NCBI GenBank assembly: GCA_016207165.1
Contig: JACQQD010000002.1
Location: forward strand, 1-41,144
Source: Candidatus Micrarchaeota archaeon
Lineage (GTDB): Archaea; Micrarchaeota; Micrarchaeia; Norongarragalinales; Norongarragalinaceae
Direction of reading: 5' to 3'
Length of the DNA: 41,144 nucleotides
The translations under genes were made by a program, and so were the position numbers. The notes under the pieces are model-generated. The model saw only the letters and a list, made by a program, of their open reading frames with translations. It was not told the DNA's origin and ran no database searches. Of the stretch, positions 1-10,201 are shown one piece after another (position 1 is the first letter of the stretch; every line of letters begins with the position of its first letter).

Positions 1-949
1 AGCCGAGGTAGTACACGCATTCATAGTCGAGGCTGGAGGCGCCAAATTGTTTGAAGTGCACCCGGTCCGTCGTGCATTTGGGAACCGAATCGATGATTTT
101 GCGGACTTGGCCCGGGATTTTCTTGAGTTTGGCAACCGGTGTACCGTAGACGACGCCGAATCCGAACAGGATGCGTCTTTTTTCCATGCGTTTGTAGTTG
201 TTGACGCGGCTTTCGGTGAGTTCCTTGTTGGAGATGACGAGTTCCTGGCCTTGCAAAGTCTGGATGCGGGTGGTCTTGATGCCGATGTACTTGACGGTGC
301 CCATGTCGTTTCCGACGATGATGAAGTCGCCGACCTTGAACGGCTTGTCAAAATAAATGGAAAACGCCGCCAGCACGTCGGCCAAAACGGCCTGCGCTGC
401 GATGGCCACGGCCAAACCGCCAATGCCGAGGCCTGCAATAAGGGCCGTGATGTCAAAGCCCAAATTGTCCAGAATCAGGAGGATGCCGACGATCCACACG
501 ACAGCGTGGGCTACGGATTCCAACGTGTCCAAAAGGGAAGTGTCTACATCCGCGCCTTCGTCTTTTTGCCGGATTTTCACATAGTGATCCTTAATGTGGG
601 AGAGTGCGGCGTTGATGCCTTTGGCGGCGTAGTACATGACGCCGAGGGCCAAGGCGTATTCGGTGCCTTTGGAAATAAAACCGGGAAGGACGAGGAATTG
701 GGCCGCGATGTAGAGCGATAGGACGTAGTAAAGCGGTGCTTTGATGCTGCGGATGAAGTCAACGAGCAAGTCGTCGTAGATGTTGGCGGTTTTGTCCGCT
801 AGGTGTCTGGCCCATGCCAGCACGATGTGGCGGAAGAACCAAAACCCGATGGTGCTGGCAATGAATATGCCAAGGGCGTTGGCGTACTGCATCCCGGTGT
901 TTCCAAAAAACGTCCAGTCCAAGTATGACGCGAAATTTTCAAAAACCAT
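1..949 (-). CDS. mscS: Small-conductance mechanosensitive channel (MscS family); runs off the left edge
   Basis: Absent from the ORF track because there is no stop in the window. Manual translation from ATG 949: MVFENFASYLDWTFFGN...LDNLGFDITALIAGLGIGGLAVAIAAQAVLADVLAAFSIYFDKPFKVGDFIIVGNDMGTVKYIGIKTTRIQTLQGQELVISNKEL, the MscS TM3 and beta-domain signature. Confidence 0.93.
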   Translation of the reverse strand, partial: MVFENFASYLDWTFFGNTGMQYANALGIFIASTIGFWFFRHIVLAWARHLADKTANIYDDLLVDFIRSIKAPLYYVLSLYIAAQFLVLPGFISKGTEYALALGVMYYAAKGINAALSHIKDHYVKIRQKDEGADVDTSLLDTLESVAHAVVWIVGILLILDNLGFDITALIAGLGIGGLAVAIAAQAVLADVLAAFSIYFDKPFKVGDFIIVGNDMGTVKYIGIKTTRIQTLQGQELVISNKELTESRVNNYKRMEKRRILFGFGVVYGTPVAKLKKIPGQVRKIIDSVPKCTTDRVHFKQFGASSLDYECVYYLG

Positions 950-1108
950 GTTGACCCGTTCTCACTTTTCTACGATGTTTTCAAATAAAACGCCGACTCT
1001 ACGTTCATTGACGCAAGCGCCTTCCACAATCGTGGAACTTCTTGGGCGGGTTTTCTTGGACTTTGTTTGGCGTTCATCTTTTATGCCGTGGATGCGTATT
1101 TCTTGGCG

Positions 1109-2044
1109 ATGCTCATTTTTGAACAATTCGTTTTTCTTGTCATTGGATTAGTGGTGTTGACCAAATCGGCCGAAATCGTGATTGACAAAGGAGCCGCGTT
1201 GGCTAAATTTTTGCGCGTCAGCGAGTTGGCCATCGGTTTTCTACTGGTGTCCATCGCTACGACGATTCCGGAGTTGGTCGTGTCGCTGATTGCCGCTTCC
1301 GAAGGTCATACGGGCCTCGTCGTTGGAAACGTGCTGGGTTCAAACATCACCAATCTTTCACTGATTTTGGGTCTCGCGGCGACCGTCGGCGTCGTGACTT
1401 CGAAAAAATTCCAAGTGCGTCCGTTGTTGCCGGTCTTGGCGGCGCTGGTCGTGATTCCGTTGGTCCTAACCGCGGTTGACTTTGGTCGTTTGGCCGGCCT
1501 GCTACTCTTGGCGGCGTACGGCGTTTTTGCCTACGTCGCTTTGCAAAAGAAGATTACGTATGAGGATGGGCCGGTTGTTTCTTCGCAATCCGTCATCCGG
1601 GATGCATCTCTGTTGGTGCTGGCGGGGGTTGCGCTGGCAATTGGCGCGAAGTTGACGGTCGATTCTTCGGTGTTCATTGCAGAGGGCCTCGGTTTGAGCA
1701 AGGTGTTCATCGGCGCCACGGTCGTCGCCATCGGCACGTCGTTGCCGGAGTTGGCCGTCGCGTTCCAAGCAATGCGCAACGGGCATTCCGGGATTGCGTT
1801 GGGTAACTTGGTGGGCGCGTCGATTACGAATTTGACGTTGACGCTGGGTTTGGCTACGTTGATCAACCCTATTTCCGCGAATTTGGTCGTCGTGCTGGAT
1901 TTGGTCATCTTCTCCGTCGTCGTGAGCGGCGTTCTTTGGTTTTTCCTCGAAAATGGAAAGTTGGGCAAGAACCAGGGCACGGCGTTGGTCGGGTTGTTTT
2001 TGCTTTACCTGGCCTCGCTGCTTACGGTGGAATTGGGTCTTTGA
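1109..2044 (+). CDS. Na+/Ca2+ (CaCA, YrbG-like) antiporter
   Basis: Two alpha repeats (SIATTIPELVVS...GNVLGSNITN and AIGTSLPELAVA...GNLVGASITN). ATG 1109 is preferred over TTG 1067 because TTTTAT lies at 1079-1084. Confidence 0.92.
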   Translation: MLIFEQFVFLVIGLVVLTKSAEIVIDKGAALAKFLRVSELAIGFLLVSIATTIPELVVSLIAASEGHTGLVVGNVLGSNITNLSLILGLAATVGVVTSKKFQVRPLLPVLAALVVIPLVLTAVDFGRLAGLLLLAAYGVFAYVALQKKITYEDGPVVSSQSVIRDASLLVLAGVALAIGAKLTVDSSVFIAEGLGLSKVFIGATVVAIGTSLPELAVAFQAMRNGHSGIALGNLVGASITNLTLTLGLATLINPISANLVVVLDLVIFSVVVSGVLWFFLENGKLGKNQGTALVGLFLLYLASLLTVELGL

Positions 2045-2063
2045 CGTTGTAAAGTTCTTTTGT

Positions 2064-2097
2064 TCTTGATGCGCAAATATCGGTCTTGATGCGCAAA
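2064..2097. promoter_or_regulatory. Tandem 14-bp direct repeat TCTTGATGCGCAAA (20-bp period) upstream of the Na+/H+ antiporter; candidate regulator sites
   Basis: Exact copies at 2064-2077 and 2084-2097, each containing the partial palindrome TTG-N5-CAA. Confidence 0.45.
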
Positions 2098-2137
2098 CAC
2101 CGGAACGGTAAAATAGCGTGATGCAGGTAATCGATTG

Positions 2138-3313
2138 ATGGTTGAGTTTTTGCAGAACATCGAATTCCAGATCAGCCTGCTTCTGTTCATCGCCCTCGTG
2201 GGTTATTTCCTGGCCATCCGGTTCGGGCAAAGCATCGTCATCGGCGAGATTCTCGTCGGCATCCTGGTGGGCCCCAGTGTCCTAGGTCTTATCACGTACA
2301 CGGAGTTCATCGAGCAGTTGGCCATCATGGGTGCCATCTTTTTGTTGTTCGTCGTGGGTTTGCAGACGAAATTCAAGGAAATCTTCAATGCGCGTTCCAT
2401 GGTCATCGCGCTTTTGGGCGTTATTGCGCCGTGGATCGGCGGTTTTGCGGTCGCGCAGCTCTTCGGATTTCCCACCGGCGAAGCGGTGTTCATCGGTACG
2501 GCCCTGACGGCCACGTCGATTGCGATAACCGCCCAAGTGCTCAAGGAAATGGGGCGCCTGGATACGGCGGCCGCCAAAGCCATCATCGGCGCCGCCGTGG
2601 TGGACGACGTCTTGGCTTTGCTGGCGTTGTCGTTGACGAAGGAATTTCTCACAGGTACGGTTTCGTTGAATAACCTGGCTGTCACGACCGCCGTTGCGTT
2701 AGCGTTTTTGGCCGTGGGCATCGTGTTGGGTACGAAAGTAATCAACCCGCAGTTGGAGCGTTTCAACAAGTGGGCCATCCAGCACGGCGTGGAAAAAGCC
2801 ACGTTCATCGCGGCCATCGCGTTTGCGTTTGCCTACAGCCTGGTGGCCGAAGTCGTCGGCTTGTCGGCCATCGTGGGCGCGTTTATTGCCGGCGTGTCGC
2901 TGGAGAGCTTGAAAATCAAGAGTTATCACGAGGGTGCAGAGTATTTGGAAGCGATTTTTGCCGCCATCTTCTTCGTTTCGTTGGGGGTGTTGGTCAACGT
3001 GCAGGCGGCCGCTTCAGCGGGCATCTTCATCGTGGCGTTGACGTTGGTTGCCATCGTGACGAAGCTGGTGGGTTGTGCCATTCCGGCGTTTTTGTTGGGT
3101 TTGAAGCGAAACGAGGCGCTCATCGTGGGTTTGGGCATGGTGCCGCGGGGCGAAATCGCCATCATCGCCGCGCTGTATGGTTTGAGCAACGGCCTCATTG
3201 GCCAACCGGTGTACGCGGCGATTTTGATGATGAGCTTGTTGACGACGATTGTCACGCCGGCGTTCATCAAGCAGTTGTATCAGGTTCAACCCCGTATTGC
3301 TAGAGCCCGGTAA
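2138..3313 (+). CDS. Cation:proton antiporter, CPA2 family (NapA/KefB-like membrane domain)
   Basis: Motifs IGEILVGILVGPS, TALTATSIAIT, GAAVVDDV and GMVPRGE; about 12-13 hydrophobic segments. Confidence 0.93.
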   Translation: MVEFLQNIEFQISLLLFIALVGYFLAIRFGQSIVIGEILVGILVGPSVLGLITYTEFIEQLAIMGAIFLLFVVGLQTKFKEIFNARSMVIALLGVIAPWIGGFAVAQLFGFPTGEAVFIGTALTATSIAITAQVLKEMGRLDTAAAKAIIGAAVVDDVLALLALSLTKEFLTGTVSLNNLAVTTAVALAFLAVGIVLGTKVINPQLERFNKWAIQHGVEKATFIAAIAFAFAYSLVAEVVGLSAIVGAFIAGVSLESLKIKSYHEGAEYLEAIFAAIFFVSLGVLVNVQAAASAGIFIVALTLVAIVTKLVGCAIPAFLLGLKRNEALIVGLGMVPRGEIAIIAALYGLSNGLIGQPVYAAILMMSLLTTIVTPAFIKQLYQVQPRIARAR

Positions 3314-3411
3314 CGTCTCACTGGATTTTTTTAGGCGCGGGTCTTTGGCCTCGTGGAGAGTTGGGGTATACGTATTTTTAGGCAAAATCAGGGTACACGG
3401 GGTGGATTTGT

Positions 3412-4692
3412 TTGGGTAAGGTTTTTTGGTCGTCCCGTTCGCTGTTCATCCTGGCGGCCGTGGGTTCGGCAGTGGGCATCGGCAACATTTGGCGGTTTCC
3501 ATACGTCTTCGCTACAAACGGCGGCGCCGCATTTTTGATTCCGTACTTGTTGTTTGTTTTCCTGTTCGGTTTGCCGTTGATGTTGTTGGAAACGGCCGCG
3601 GGCGCAAGGCTGCGTCAAGGATTCCCTTCGGCCATAGGCAAGCTTCGCGTGCCGTCTTGGGTCGGTTGGTTGCCGTTGGTTTTTGGCGTCGTCATCCTGT
3701 CGTACTACATGGTCATCACGGGGTGGACCTTGTTCCATTCATTGTCATTGTTGATGGATGGCCAGTCCTCGTTTGCCGCATCCAGCACGCCGGTGGCGTC
3801 TGTTTTGTTCGGTTGGGCGGTTCTGACGTTTGCCGCGTGGGTGGCGCTTCGCGGGATTGAAGGGGGCATCGAGAAAGTCTTGCGCTGGTCGGCACCGGTT
3901 TTCGTCGTTGGTTTGTTGGCGTTGTTGGCGTATTCTCTGTCGCTTCCGGCGACGCAAAGTGCGTTGGGTCGGCTCTTGGTGGTTGATTTTTCGGGTTTGG
4001 CTAGCGCAAAGACCTGGTTGTTTGCGGCGTCCCAGGCCATTTTCTCGCTTTCCGTTGGCTACGTCATTTTGTATACGTATGGCGCGTACCTGAAGGACAC
4101 GAAAAACCTGGGCCAATCCATGTTTTTCGTCGCCATCGGCGACACGGCGGTGGCGTTGGTAGCCGTGGCGGTCGCGTTGCCGGTGGCGTTGGCGTCGGGT
4201 GCGGCCAGTGGTTTTAGCGTGTCGTTTGACAGTGCGCTGGCGTTATTTGTGTCCATGCCGCATGGCGCGTTGTTCGGCGCGGGTTTTTTTGGGTTGCTGT
4301 TCATTGCCGCGTTCACATCCGTCATTTCCATGTTGGAAGCGCCCGTACTGGCCATAAAGGATGCGTTTGGTTTGACGCGGCGTCAGGCGGTTGACAGGGC
4401 GGGCCTGGTATTGTTGCCGTTGGTCATCTTGTCGGGGTTGAGTTATTCCGGCGTGAATGTTTGGGGTCTTCCGGTTATTGAGTTTTTGGACCTTTTGTTT
4501 GGCAGCTTGTTGGCTCCGTTTTCGGCTTTGGTCGTCGCGGTCCTGGTGGCGTGGAAACTGGATCCCGTTCAGCTTTTCCAAGCGGCTGGCGTCAACCTGC
4601 CTTTTAAGGGCGTCGTCAATTTTTGGATGCGGTTTGCGGTTCCGGCCGTTCTTTTGGCCTTGAGCGTGGCGGCCGTCCTTCACGTGGCTTAA
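3412..4692 (+). CDS. Sodium-dependent transporter, NSS/SNF (LeuT-like) family
   Basis: WSSR...AAVGSAVGIGNIWRFPY...NGGAAFLIPY, QAIFSLSVG, AAFTSVISMLE; TTG start. Confidence 0.92.
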   Translation: MGKVFWSSRSLFILAAVGSAVGIGNIWRFPYVFATNGGAAFLIPYLLFVFLFGLPLMLLETAAGARLRQGFPSAIGKLRVPSWVGWLPLVFGVVILSYYMVITGWTLFHSLSLLMDGQSSFAASSTPVASVLFGWAVLTFAAWVALRGIEGGIEKVLRWSAPVFVVGLLALLAYSLSLPATQSALGRLLVVDFSGLASAKTWLFAASQAIFSLSVGYVILYTYGAYLKDTKNLGQSMFFVAIGDTAVALVAVAVALPVALASGAASGFSVSFDSALALFVSMPHGALFGAGFFGLLFIAAFTSVISMLEAPVLAIKDAFGLTRRQAVDRAGLVLLPLVILSGLSYSGVNVWGLPVIEFLDLLFGSLLAPFSALVVAVLVAWKLDPVQLFQAAGVNLPFKGVVNFWMRFAVPAVLLALSVAAVLHVA

Positions 4693-5003
4693 ACCATCGG
4701 TCGTAAACGATTTTTCGATTCAACTTCGGTCAAGTCGGTCTTCACATTCAGGGCGTTTTGAAACGGCATTTTCGCTCGTGCGGAATTCAACACGAATCAA
4801 CCAAACAAACCACGCACACAGACCAACACTCTAAGCGCGGCGGCCGCACTCTATCCACGGCTCAGCTCCGTGTTAGGGAAAGACTCTCATCTTGGAATCT
4901 TAAGAACGAATGGCCTTGAAAGGTAAAACGCGGCATAGGCACCAACCCCGAATGGGGTTTAAGTAGGTTCCGTTCAAATCATAGAAAAAGCAATGGGTGC
5001 CCA

Positions 5004-5741
5004 ATGACTGAAAAGCCAGGCGGTTTAGAGCCGCGCAAAGGCAGAAAAAAAAAGGAAGAGGCAGAACCGGAGAAAGAACTGGACATCGACGCGTTGCTTC
5101 CAAGCGTCGGCAGGATGCGCAAGCAATTGGGGGAGTTAAGCCTGAAGCCCAAAGAGGACCAAACGCCCAGCCCGGATTACATGCGGTTTCAGTCCAGCGC
5201 TCTTGACCCCGAGGTCAAGCAGGCCTTAATTGAGACCATACAGAAAATGAAGATTCCAGACGACGTCACCGCCCTGCACGAAGGACTGCATCGCGGCGAC
5301 GAAGACATCCGGCAAGCCGTAATCCGGCGGTGCAGTGATTTGGAGGACATTGGAAGACTGCAACGCGTCGTCGAAGACGGGCACGCAATGAAAGCCCCAG
5401 CGGCCATCACGTTGCTGCGCCACATGGGAATTGCCAGCATCAGCGCCTTGGCGTCAGCCATGAAGTTGCGGGCACAACGGGGAGACGGAAATCTTACAAA
5501 ACAAACAGCACAAGCCTTGCACGAGTTAAGAGCAGAAGTTGAAAAAGTGCCCGTCAGCCAGTACCCGCAGAACTACCACGTCTTTGTGTTGAGAGCGGCC
5601 AGCCCGCTGGACGAGCCGGAATTGTTCCGGGAACTCGCGGAATACGCGCGAATGGAACATCCCAACCACATGCAGCAACCCACCAAGTTCTGGCAGAAAG
5701 TCAAAACCAAGGCCGTACAGATACGAATGAGAATCGAATGA
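5004..5741 (+). CDS. Hypothetical protein, all-alpha, possibly HEAT-repeat-like
   Basis: 245-aa ORF with a TATA-like TTTAAGTA at 4958-4965. ALHEGLHRGDEDIRQAVIRRC resembles a HEAT repeat; the family assignment is weak. Confidence 0.6.
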   Translation: MTEKPGGLEPRKGRKKKEEAEPEKELDIDALLPSVGRMRKQLGELSLKPKEDQTPSPDYMRFQSSALDPEVKQALIETIQKMKIPDDVTALHEGLHRGDEDIRQAVIRRCSDLEDIGRLQRVVEDGHAMKAPAAITLLRHMGIASISALASAMKLRAQRGDGNLTKQTAQALHELRAEVEKVPVSQYPQNYHVFVLRAASPLDEPELFRELAEYARMEHPNHMQQPTKFWQKVKTKAVQIRMRIE

Positions 5742-5790
5742 CCTAAATGGAACCGACACGCCGAATCCGCTGGCGGACGAATGAGAAACA

Positions 5791-6426
5791 TTACTTCTTT
5801 GGTTTCCAAAGCTCCCATTCTTGCTGGTGGAAACGCCGGTTTTTCAGCAAGGTATCCAGCACCATGGGAATCCAACTATCTGAGGGGAGTTCCTCGATGC
5901 GTTTGCCTTCGCCTCGAGGCAAATCCCTCAAAACCTGGCCGGGCACGCACCGCATCTTCGGAACGACCACCACGTGAAAATCATTTGGATCCAAGGAACC
6001 CAAACGACCGAAGTCATTGTGAGGCATGCCACCCATGTAAATACGCTCTTTCCTGAAACGATTCGCCAAGGCTATCGGGTGATCGGGACTAAGGTCCGAA
6101 CGCGGTTGTTGTGTAAAGCCCTCGCAAAGCGCCTTTTCCAGACGCTCCAGCGCCGCCTGGTTCGATTCCTCGAGGGAGCCATAACGTTGCAAATCCGGAT
6201 AAAGGGTCTCCATCAACCGCGTTAATGCGCCAGGCCCGGAATCATGCCATATTTCCCGCGCCTTCTTTTCAAGCCGGACGATTTCACCGAGTAACCGCCT
6301 CTTACGCATGGCCAACGAAGGCGACATGCGCTCCAGCAAAAGCAAGCGGTGCCCCCGAGGTGCAGGAATTCCGACTTGGGCCGGCTCGTATACGGCGTGG
6401 ACAAAGTAATGAGAAGCGCGCGCCAT
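5791..6426 (-). CDS. Hypothetical cytoplasmic protein
   Basis: Long ORF. ATG 6426 (MARASHY...) lies about 24 bp downstream of a minus-strand TTAAAT at 6450-6455. Confidence 0.55.
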   Translation of the reverse strand: MARASHYFVHAVYEPAQVGIPAPRGHRLLLLERMSPSLAMRKRRLLGEIVRLEKKAREIWHDSGPGALTRLMETLYPDLQRYGSLEESNQAALERLEKALCEGFTQQPRSDLSPDHPIALANRFRKERIYMGGMPHNDFGRLGSLDPNDFHVVVVPKMRCVPGQVLRDLPRGEGKRIEELPSDSWIPMVLDTLLKNRRFHQQEWELWKPKK

Positions 6427-6490
6427 GAAAGAAAAATACTCCCGCCATGATTTAAGGCAATACGGTTCACGCAATGGGAACCGCCAAAAA

Positions 6491-9400
6491 TCAGGTTAAA
6501 CCCACAGTTCTACTGTCGATGCTGTGCATGGCGAACTGGTCACTGGGCCCAACCAGTGAACTGATTCGTCGACCGCCGCCAATTTCAGCCCTGGTATTGG
6601 CTGCCTCAAAATCCATTGACTCCAGGTATTCGTCTAAGACGGAGTAGTACAGCGCTCCGGGGTAATCGTTTAGCCGCTGGTATACGTGCGCGCCAGAATA
6701 TACTCCAGCCAATGACTCGTATCGCCTTGGCGAATCCATTTCAATATGCCAGGCTGGCCATGACATCACAACGGCTTTCTTTCGGACCATAACGTATGCG
6801 GCGAGAGCTTCATCGGCGTAGAAGGGGGTTTCGTCTTTCTTGAATCCGTATCCCAGTTTAATCCACTGCTCTCGGACGAGACCTGCACCAAATTCACCCG
6901 GGCTTCTACTGCTTAAATCGCCGGCCACGATGCGGGCGTAAAAGGGCGCTAAATCCGCGACGGCGTCCTTTCGGGAGTCGCTCAGGATGCGGGGCATGTA
7001 CGCATAGACCGCCGCCATTTGGTCCTCCGAAAAACCGGGTTTTTGGTTGAACAAAGCATCAAAACTCGTGGGTTCATTGACTTTTTCGTAAACGAGTTTC
7101 CACAACATGATGCGGGAAACGTCAAGGAAGCTAAATCCTCGATTCGACTGTAACTCCTTGGCCATGAACACCCATTCCCGAATGGAAAGCGCTCCGTTAA
7201 AAGTCGATTTTTTCTTCATGATTAAGAATGCGGTGCGGGAAAGACCCGGAATTTCCGACTGCAATTGCTCGTAGGTTTTCCCGTCAATGGTCCTTGCCAA
7301 ATCCACGTCGGCTAAAAGCGCATTGGAAAGAAGCGTCAAATCGCCGTCGACACCCTCTCGGTAACTTTCGTCGGCAAGCATGAGTTTGCCCTCTTTGTCC
7401 CCGACTAAAATCAGGTTGACGGCAGGCAATTCAGTGAGGGTTCCAACGGGTTGGCCGCCGGTTGGATCGGAGACATCCGTCAAACGGACATAAATGGAGC
7501 CGCCTTCGTCCACGCGCGTTTCAGGCGACAACGCAAATTGGGCGATTTGACCCGTCGTGCCGGATACGGATACGGTGAGCTGCGAATTTTTCGCGACATG
7601 GGCTTTGATCAAGCCATTGACAACGCACAAATGGCCAGCCTCCAATTCGCTGGGGCATGCATCCACGTGATGCGTCATGGAGGGACGGGAAGTCAATTGC
7701 GCCGTGGCTTTTCCAGGGAAGGGCAGAACCGTTTTCCCGTTGGCTGAAATTTTGCTGACCTGACCCGGAATTCCAAAGCGGGGCTTTCCGACGGGGCGGG
7801 ACTCGCCGCGCGTGGTGTGGACTGCGTATTCAGTAACGGATCCATAAGACGGTCTGTTGGCGCCGGGGATTTGGTACGTAAAGGGGGTATATGACATGGA
7901 GGTAATAAGTTCCAAGTCGCCTTGGTCGGCTGGAGCCGGCCACCCCCGAAGCGTTGGGTTGGATCCCTGGTACGCCAGTTCCGTGGACTCCGTCCAGGCA
8001 AGACCCCGGTGCGCGGCTTCATCGTCAAACGCGTACTGCGTGATTTTCTTGGCGTATTCTGGCTCCTTAATGGCGACGACGGGCGCGCCTTCATCGTCCG
8101 CATAAACGGCAAAAATCCGGGGTGCATCCCAAATGGGCGCGCCGGAAGTCTCGCGGACTTTGATGGGGTCCAGCCGAAGCCCTAGCACCTTGGCCAAGCC
8201 CACGCGGTCGGGGTATTCGCCCCGGAAGGTTTTGTCGTGGTTTTTGCCGGCCTTGTCGATGTACACCAACGCGATGCCTTGGTCATCAAGGATTAGGCTG
8301 AGTTCGTCGCGGACGGCGTCAGCCACTTTTTGGGTCACGGTTTTCGGGTTTTCCTCGAAGGGCACGTTGGATTGGGAGAGAAACTCGCACGTCGGACAGG
8401 CTTTGCCAGGCGGGTGAAACACGTAGACTTTCTGGTACGTGGGGTACGCGTTTTCCTGGAACGTGCTTTTCGGCTCGAACTGGTAGTAAAAGCCTTGCGG
8501 CCCCTGCATGGCCATGTGCAAGTCGCCGTCTCCGTCAAAAAAGGTTTTCACGTCAAAGCCAAAGAATTTCCCGTTCCCGAACCGCACTTTGTCAACGAAT
8601 TGGCCGCCTTGGAGTTGGGTCAACACGGTGTCCTTGCGCACGACTTTTTCATAGGTATTCGACAACGTGTACTGAGGCAACCTCAAAAACAGGTTTTGGC
8701 CAAACGGGTTTTCAACGGGGTACGGCCGTTCCTCGAACTTGCCGTTTTCAACTGGACTCGGCACACTGAAGACTTGGTTTTTGGCGTCCTCCTCGGTTTT
8801 GCAGATAGGGGTACCAAAGCCCATGGGCGTGATGCAAGACCGGTCTCCAGAAGACCGCTTAAAGTACGCCGACTCCCCAATGGTTCCAAGGAAGTCCAAA
8901 CCGAAATCACCGCGCGCCTCGGTTTTGGGGGAACCCCATCCGTCTTGGGCCGAAGCATGCACACTTTTGACGTCGTTGAATTCATACGAGTAGGAGTCAG
9001 TAGTCACCTTGGGATTCAGACATTGAATTTCACCGGTAGGTTTGCCGGAATCGTCTCTCGTTCGTGATGCGACTCCATCGGATCCAATCGTATGCGCCGT
9101 CCGGGAACGACCATAATAAGCCGTCACGCCGCCTTTTTGGGAAGGCACCAATGCGTAGTAGAAGTTTCCGCCGGAATACGAAGTGGCTGAAGTGGTACAA
9201 CGTTCCTGAATAATCGAATTGCCATCCTCGTCCGTCCCTTGAATAAACTTGTATGTACCGGGCTTGGTTTTGGGAAAAACCAAGTGACGCACCACCTCTT
9301 CAACTTCGCCTAATGAATGCCACGTTTTTTGGTCTTCTTCCTGAACCGCGATGCCAAAGGATTCGTACTGGCGGGGGTTTACCTCGCCGTCAATGGTTTC

Positions 9401-10201
9401 CACGTCGTCTATAACGTGCAAGTACGCGGCGTAGAGCTTGTCGTCGACTCCCCGCACCAAATCAAGCACCTTGAAACTGCTTGTGGGCGTCACCGCGAAA
9501 TCCAATTCCAATGAACCCGCGGTAGAACGGGCGAGTGGAACCGATGACAACTCAAGTGGTTTGGCAGTTGAAGTGGTTATGGAGCCGCCGGAAGCAAACG
9601 ACTTAGGGGTCAACGGCAATTGGCTGGTTTCTCGTACTTCTTTTTTCAAATCAAATGCCCATTGCAGTTCGTTTCTTCCATCGGGATTACCTAGCCTTCC
9701 GTCTAAGTATTTCAGGATATCGTCAGTCGTGAACGTGTGTTTGGAAATCCGTTTACCGGTCTTGGAGTCCACGCGTCCCTTTTTTTGGACTTCGACCTCG
9801 ATGGGCAGATACTGGTCATAGCCGCCGGGTCGAAGTGAGTCAAACCAGCTCTGCGGGCGGTTCAAACTGACCAATGCGCCAGTAGGCGTATTGCCGAGGT
9901 CATTCCCCCAAATGGTTACACTGGCTCCTTTGGGAACCGAAAAAATTCGAACCGGAGCAAAACTGTTACGCAAGCCGATTTCTTTGAGGAATTTTACATG
10001 CTCTGCCACGTACTGTCGGTAATCCACATACCCGGAAGGAAACTTGACAATCACGAGTTTGCCGCTGTCAAAAGTATCCGTGCGAAGGTCTTCCTTTTCA
10101 ATCACCGTTACATCCAATTTGGCAGCAGAGGTCATGGATACTAAGAGCAAAACCACGAACAAGAGCAACGCAAAACGGGGCAGGCCGTTAGTTAAGTTCA
10201 T
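6491..10201 (-). CDS. Large secreted protein (1236 aa) with a beta-propeller-like scaffold; paralogue of the 21753-25460 protein
   Basis: Start reassigned to ATG 10201 (MNLTNGLPRFALLLFVVLLLVSMTSAA, Sec signal peptide), overlapping the upstream stop. Colinear motif matches to the 21753-25460 product. Confidence 0.8.
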   Translation of the reverse strand: MNLTNGLPRFALLLFVVLLLVSMTSAAKLDVTVIEKEDLRTDTFDSGKLVIVKFPSGYVDYRQYVAEHVKFLKEIGLRNSFAPVRIFSVPKGASVTIWGNDLGNTPTGALVSLNRPQSWFDSLRPGGYDQYLPIEVEVQKKGRVDSKTGKRISKHTFTTDDILKYLDGRLGNPDGRNELQWAFDLKKEVRETSQLPLTPKSFASGGSITTSTAKPLELSSVPLARSTAGSLELDFAVTPTSSFKVLDLVRGVDDKLYAAYLHVIDDVETIDGEVNPRQYESFGIAVQEEDQKTWHSLGEVEEVVRHLVFPKTKPGTYKFIQGTDEDGNSIIQERCTTSATSYSGGNFYYALVPSQKGGVTAYYGRSRTAHTIGSDGVASRTRDDSGKPTGEIQCLNPKVTTDSYSYEFNDVKSVHASAQDGWGSPKTEARGDFGLDFLGTIGESAYFKRSSGDRSCITPMGFGTPICKTEEDAKNQVFSVPSPVENGKFEERPYPVENPFGQNLFLRLPQYTLSNTYEKVVRKDTVLTQLQGGQFVDKVRFGNGKFFGFDVKTFFDGDGDLHMAMQGPQGFYYQFEPKSTFQENAYPTYQKVYVFHPPGKACPTCEFLSQSNVPFEENPKTVTQKVADAVRDELSLILDDQGIALVYIDKAGKNHDKTFRGEYPDRVGLAKVLGLRLDPIKVRETSGAPIWDAPRIFAVYADDEGAPVVAIKEPEYAKKITQYAFDDEAAHRGLAWTESTELAYQGSNPTLRGWPAPADQGDLELITSMSYTPFTYQIPGANRPSYGSVTEYAVHTTRGESRPVGKPRFGIPGQVSKISANGKTVLPFPGKATAQLTSRPSMTHHVDACPSELEAGHLCVVNGLIKAHVAKNSQLTVSVSGTTGQIAQFALSPETRVDEGGSIYVRLTDVSDPTGGQPVGTLTELPAVNLILVGDKEGKLMLADESYREGVDGDLTLLSNALLADVDLARTIDGKTYEQLQSEIPGLSRTAFLIMKKKSTFNGALSIREWVFMAKELQSNRGFSFLDVSRIMLWKLVYEKVNEPTSFDALFNQKPGFSEDQMAAVYAYMPRILSDSRKDAVADLAPFYARIVAGDLSSRSPGEFGAGLVREQWIKLGYGFKKDETPFYADEALAAYVMVRKKAVVMSWPAWHIEMDSPRRYESLAGVYSGAHVYQRLNDYPGALYYSVLDEYLESMDFEAANTRAEIGGGRRISSLVGPSDQFAMHSIDSRTVGLT

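Noticed and set aside
47-721. 224-aa plus-strand ORF
   Set aside because: Antisense shadow of mscS, which has clear family motifs on the minus strand.
4850-4940. Faint resemblance to 5S rRNA or a C/D box sRNA
   Set aside because: It lacks the conserved CCGAAC loop, a closing helix I and proper C/D boxes.
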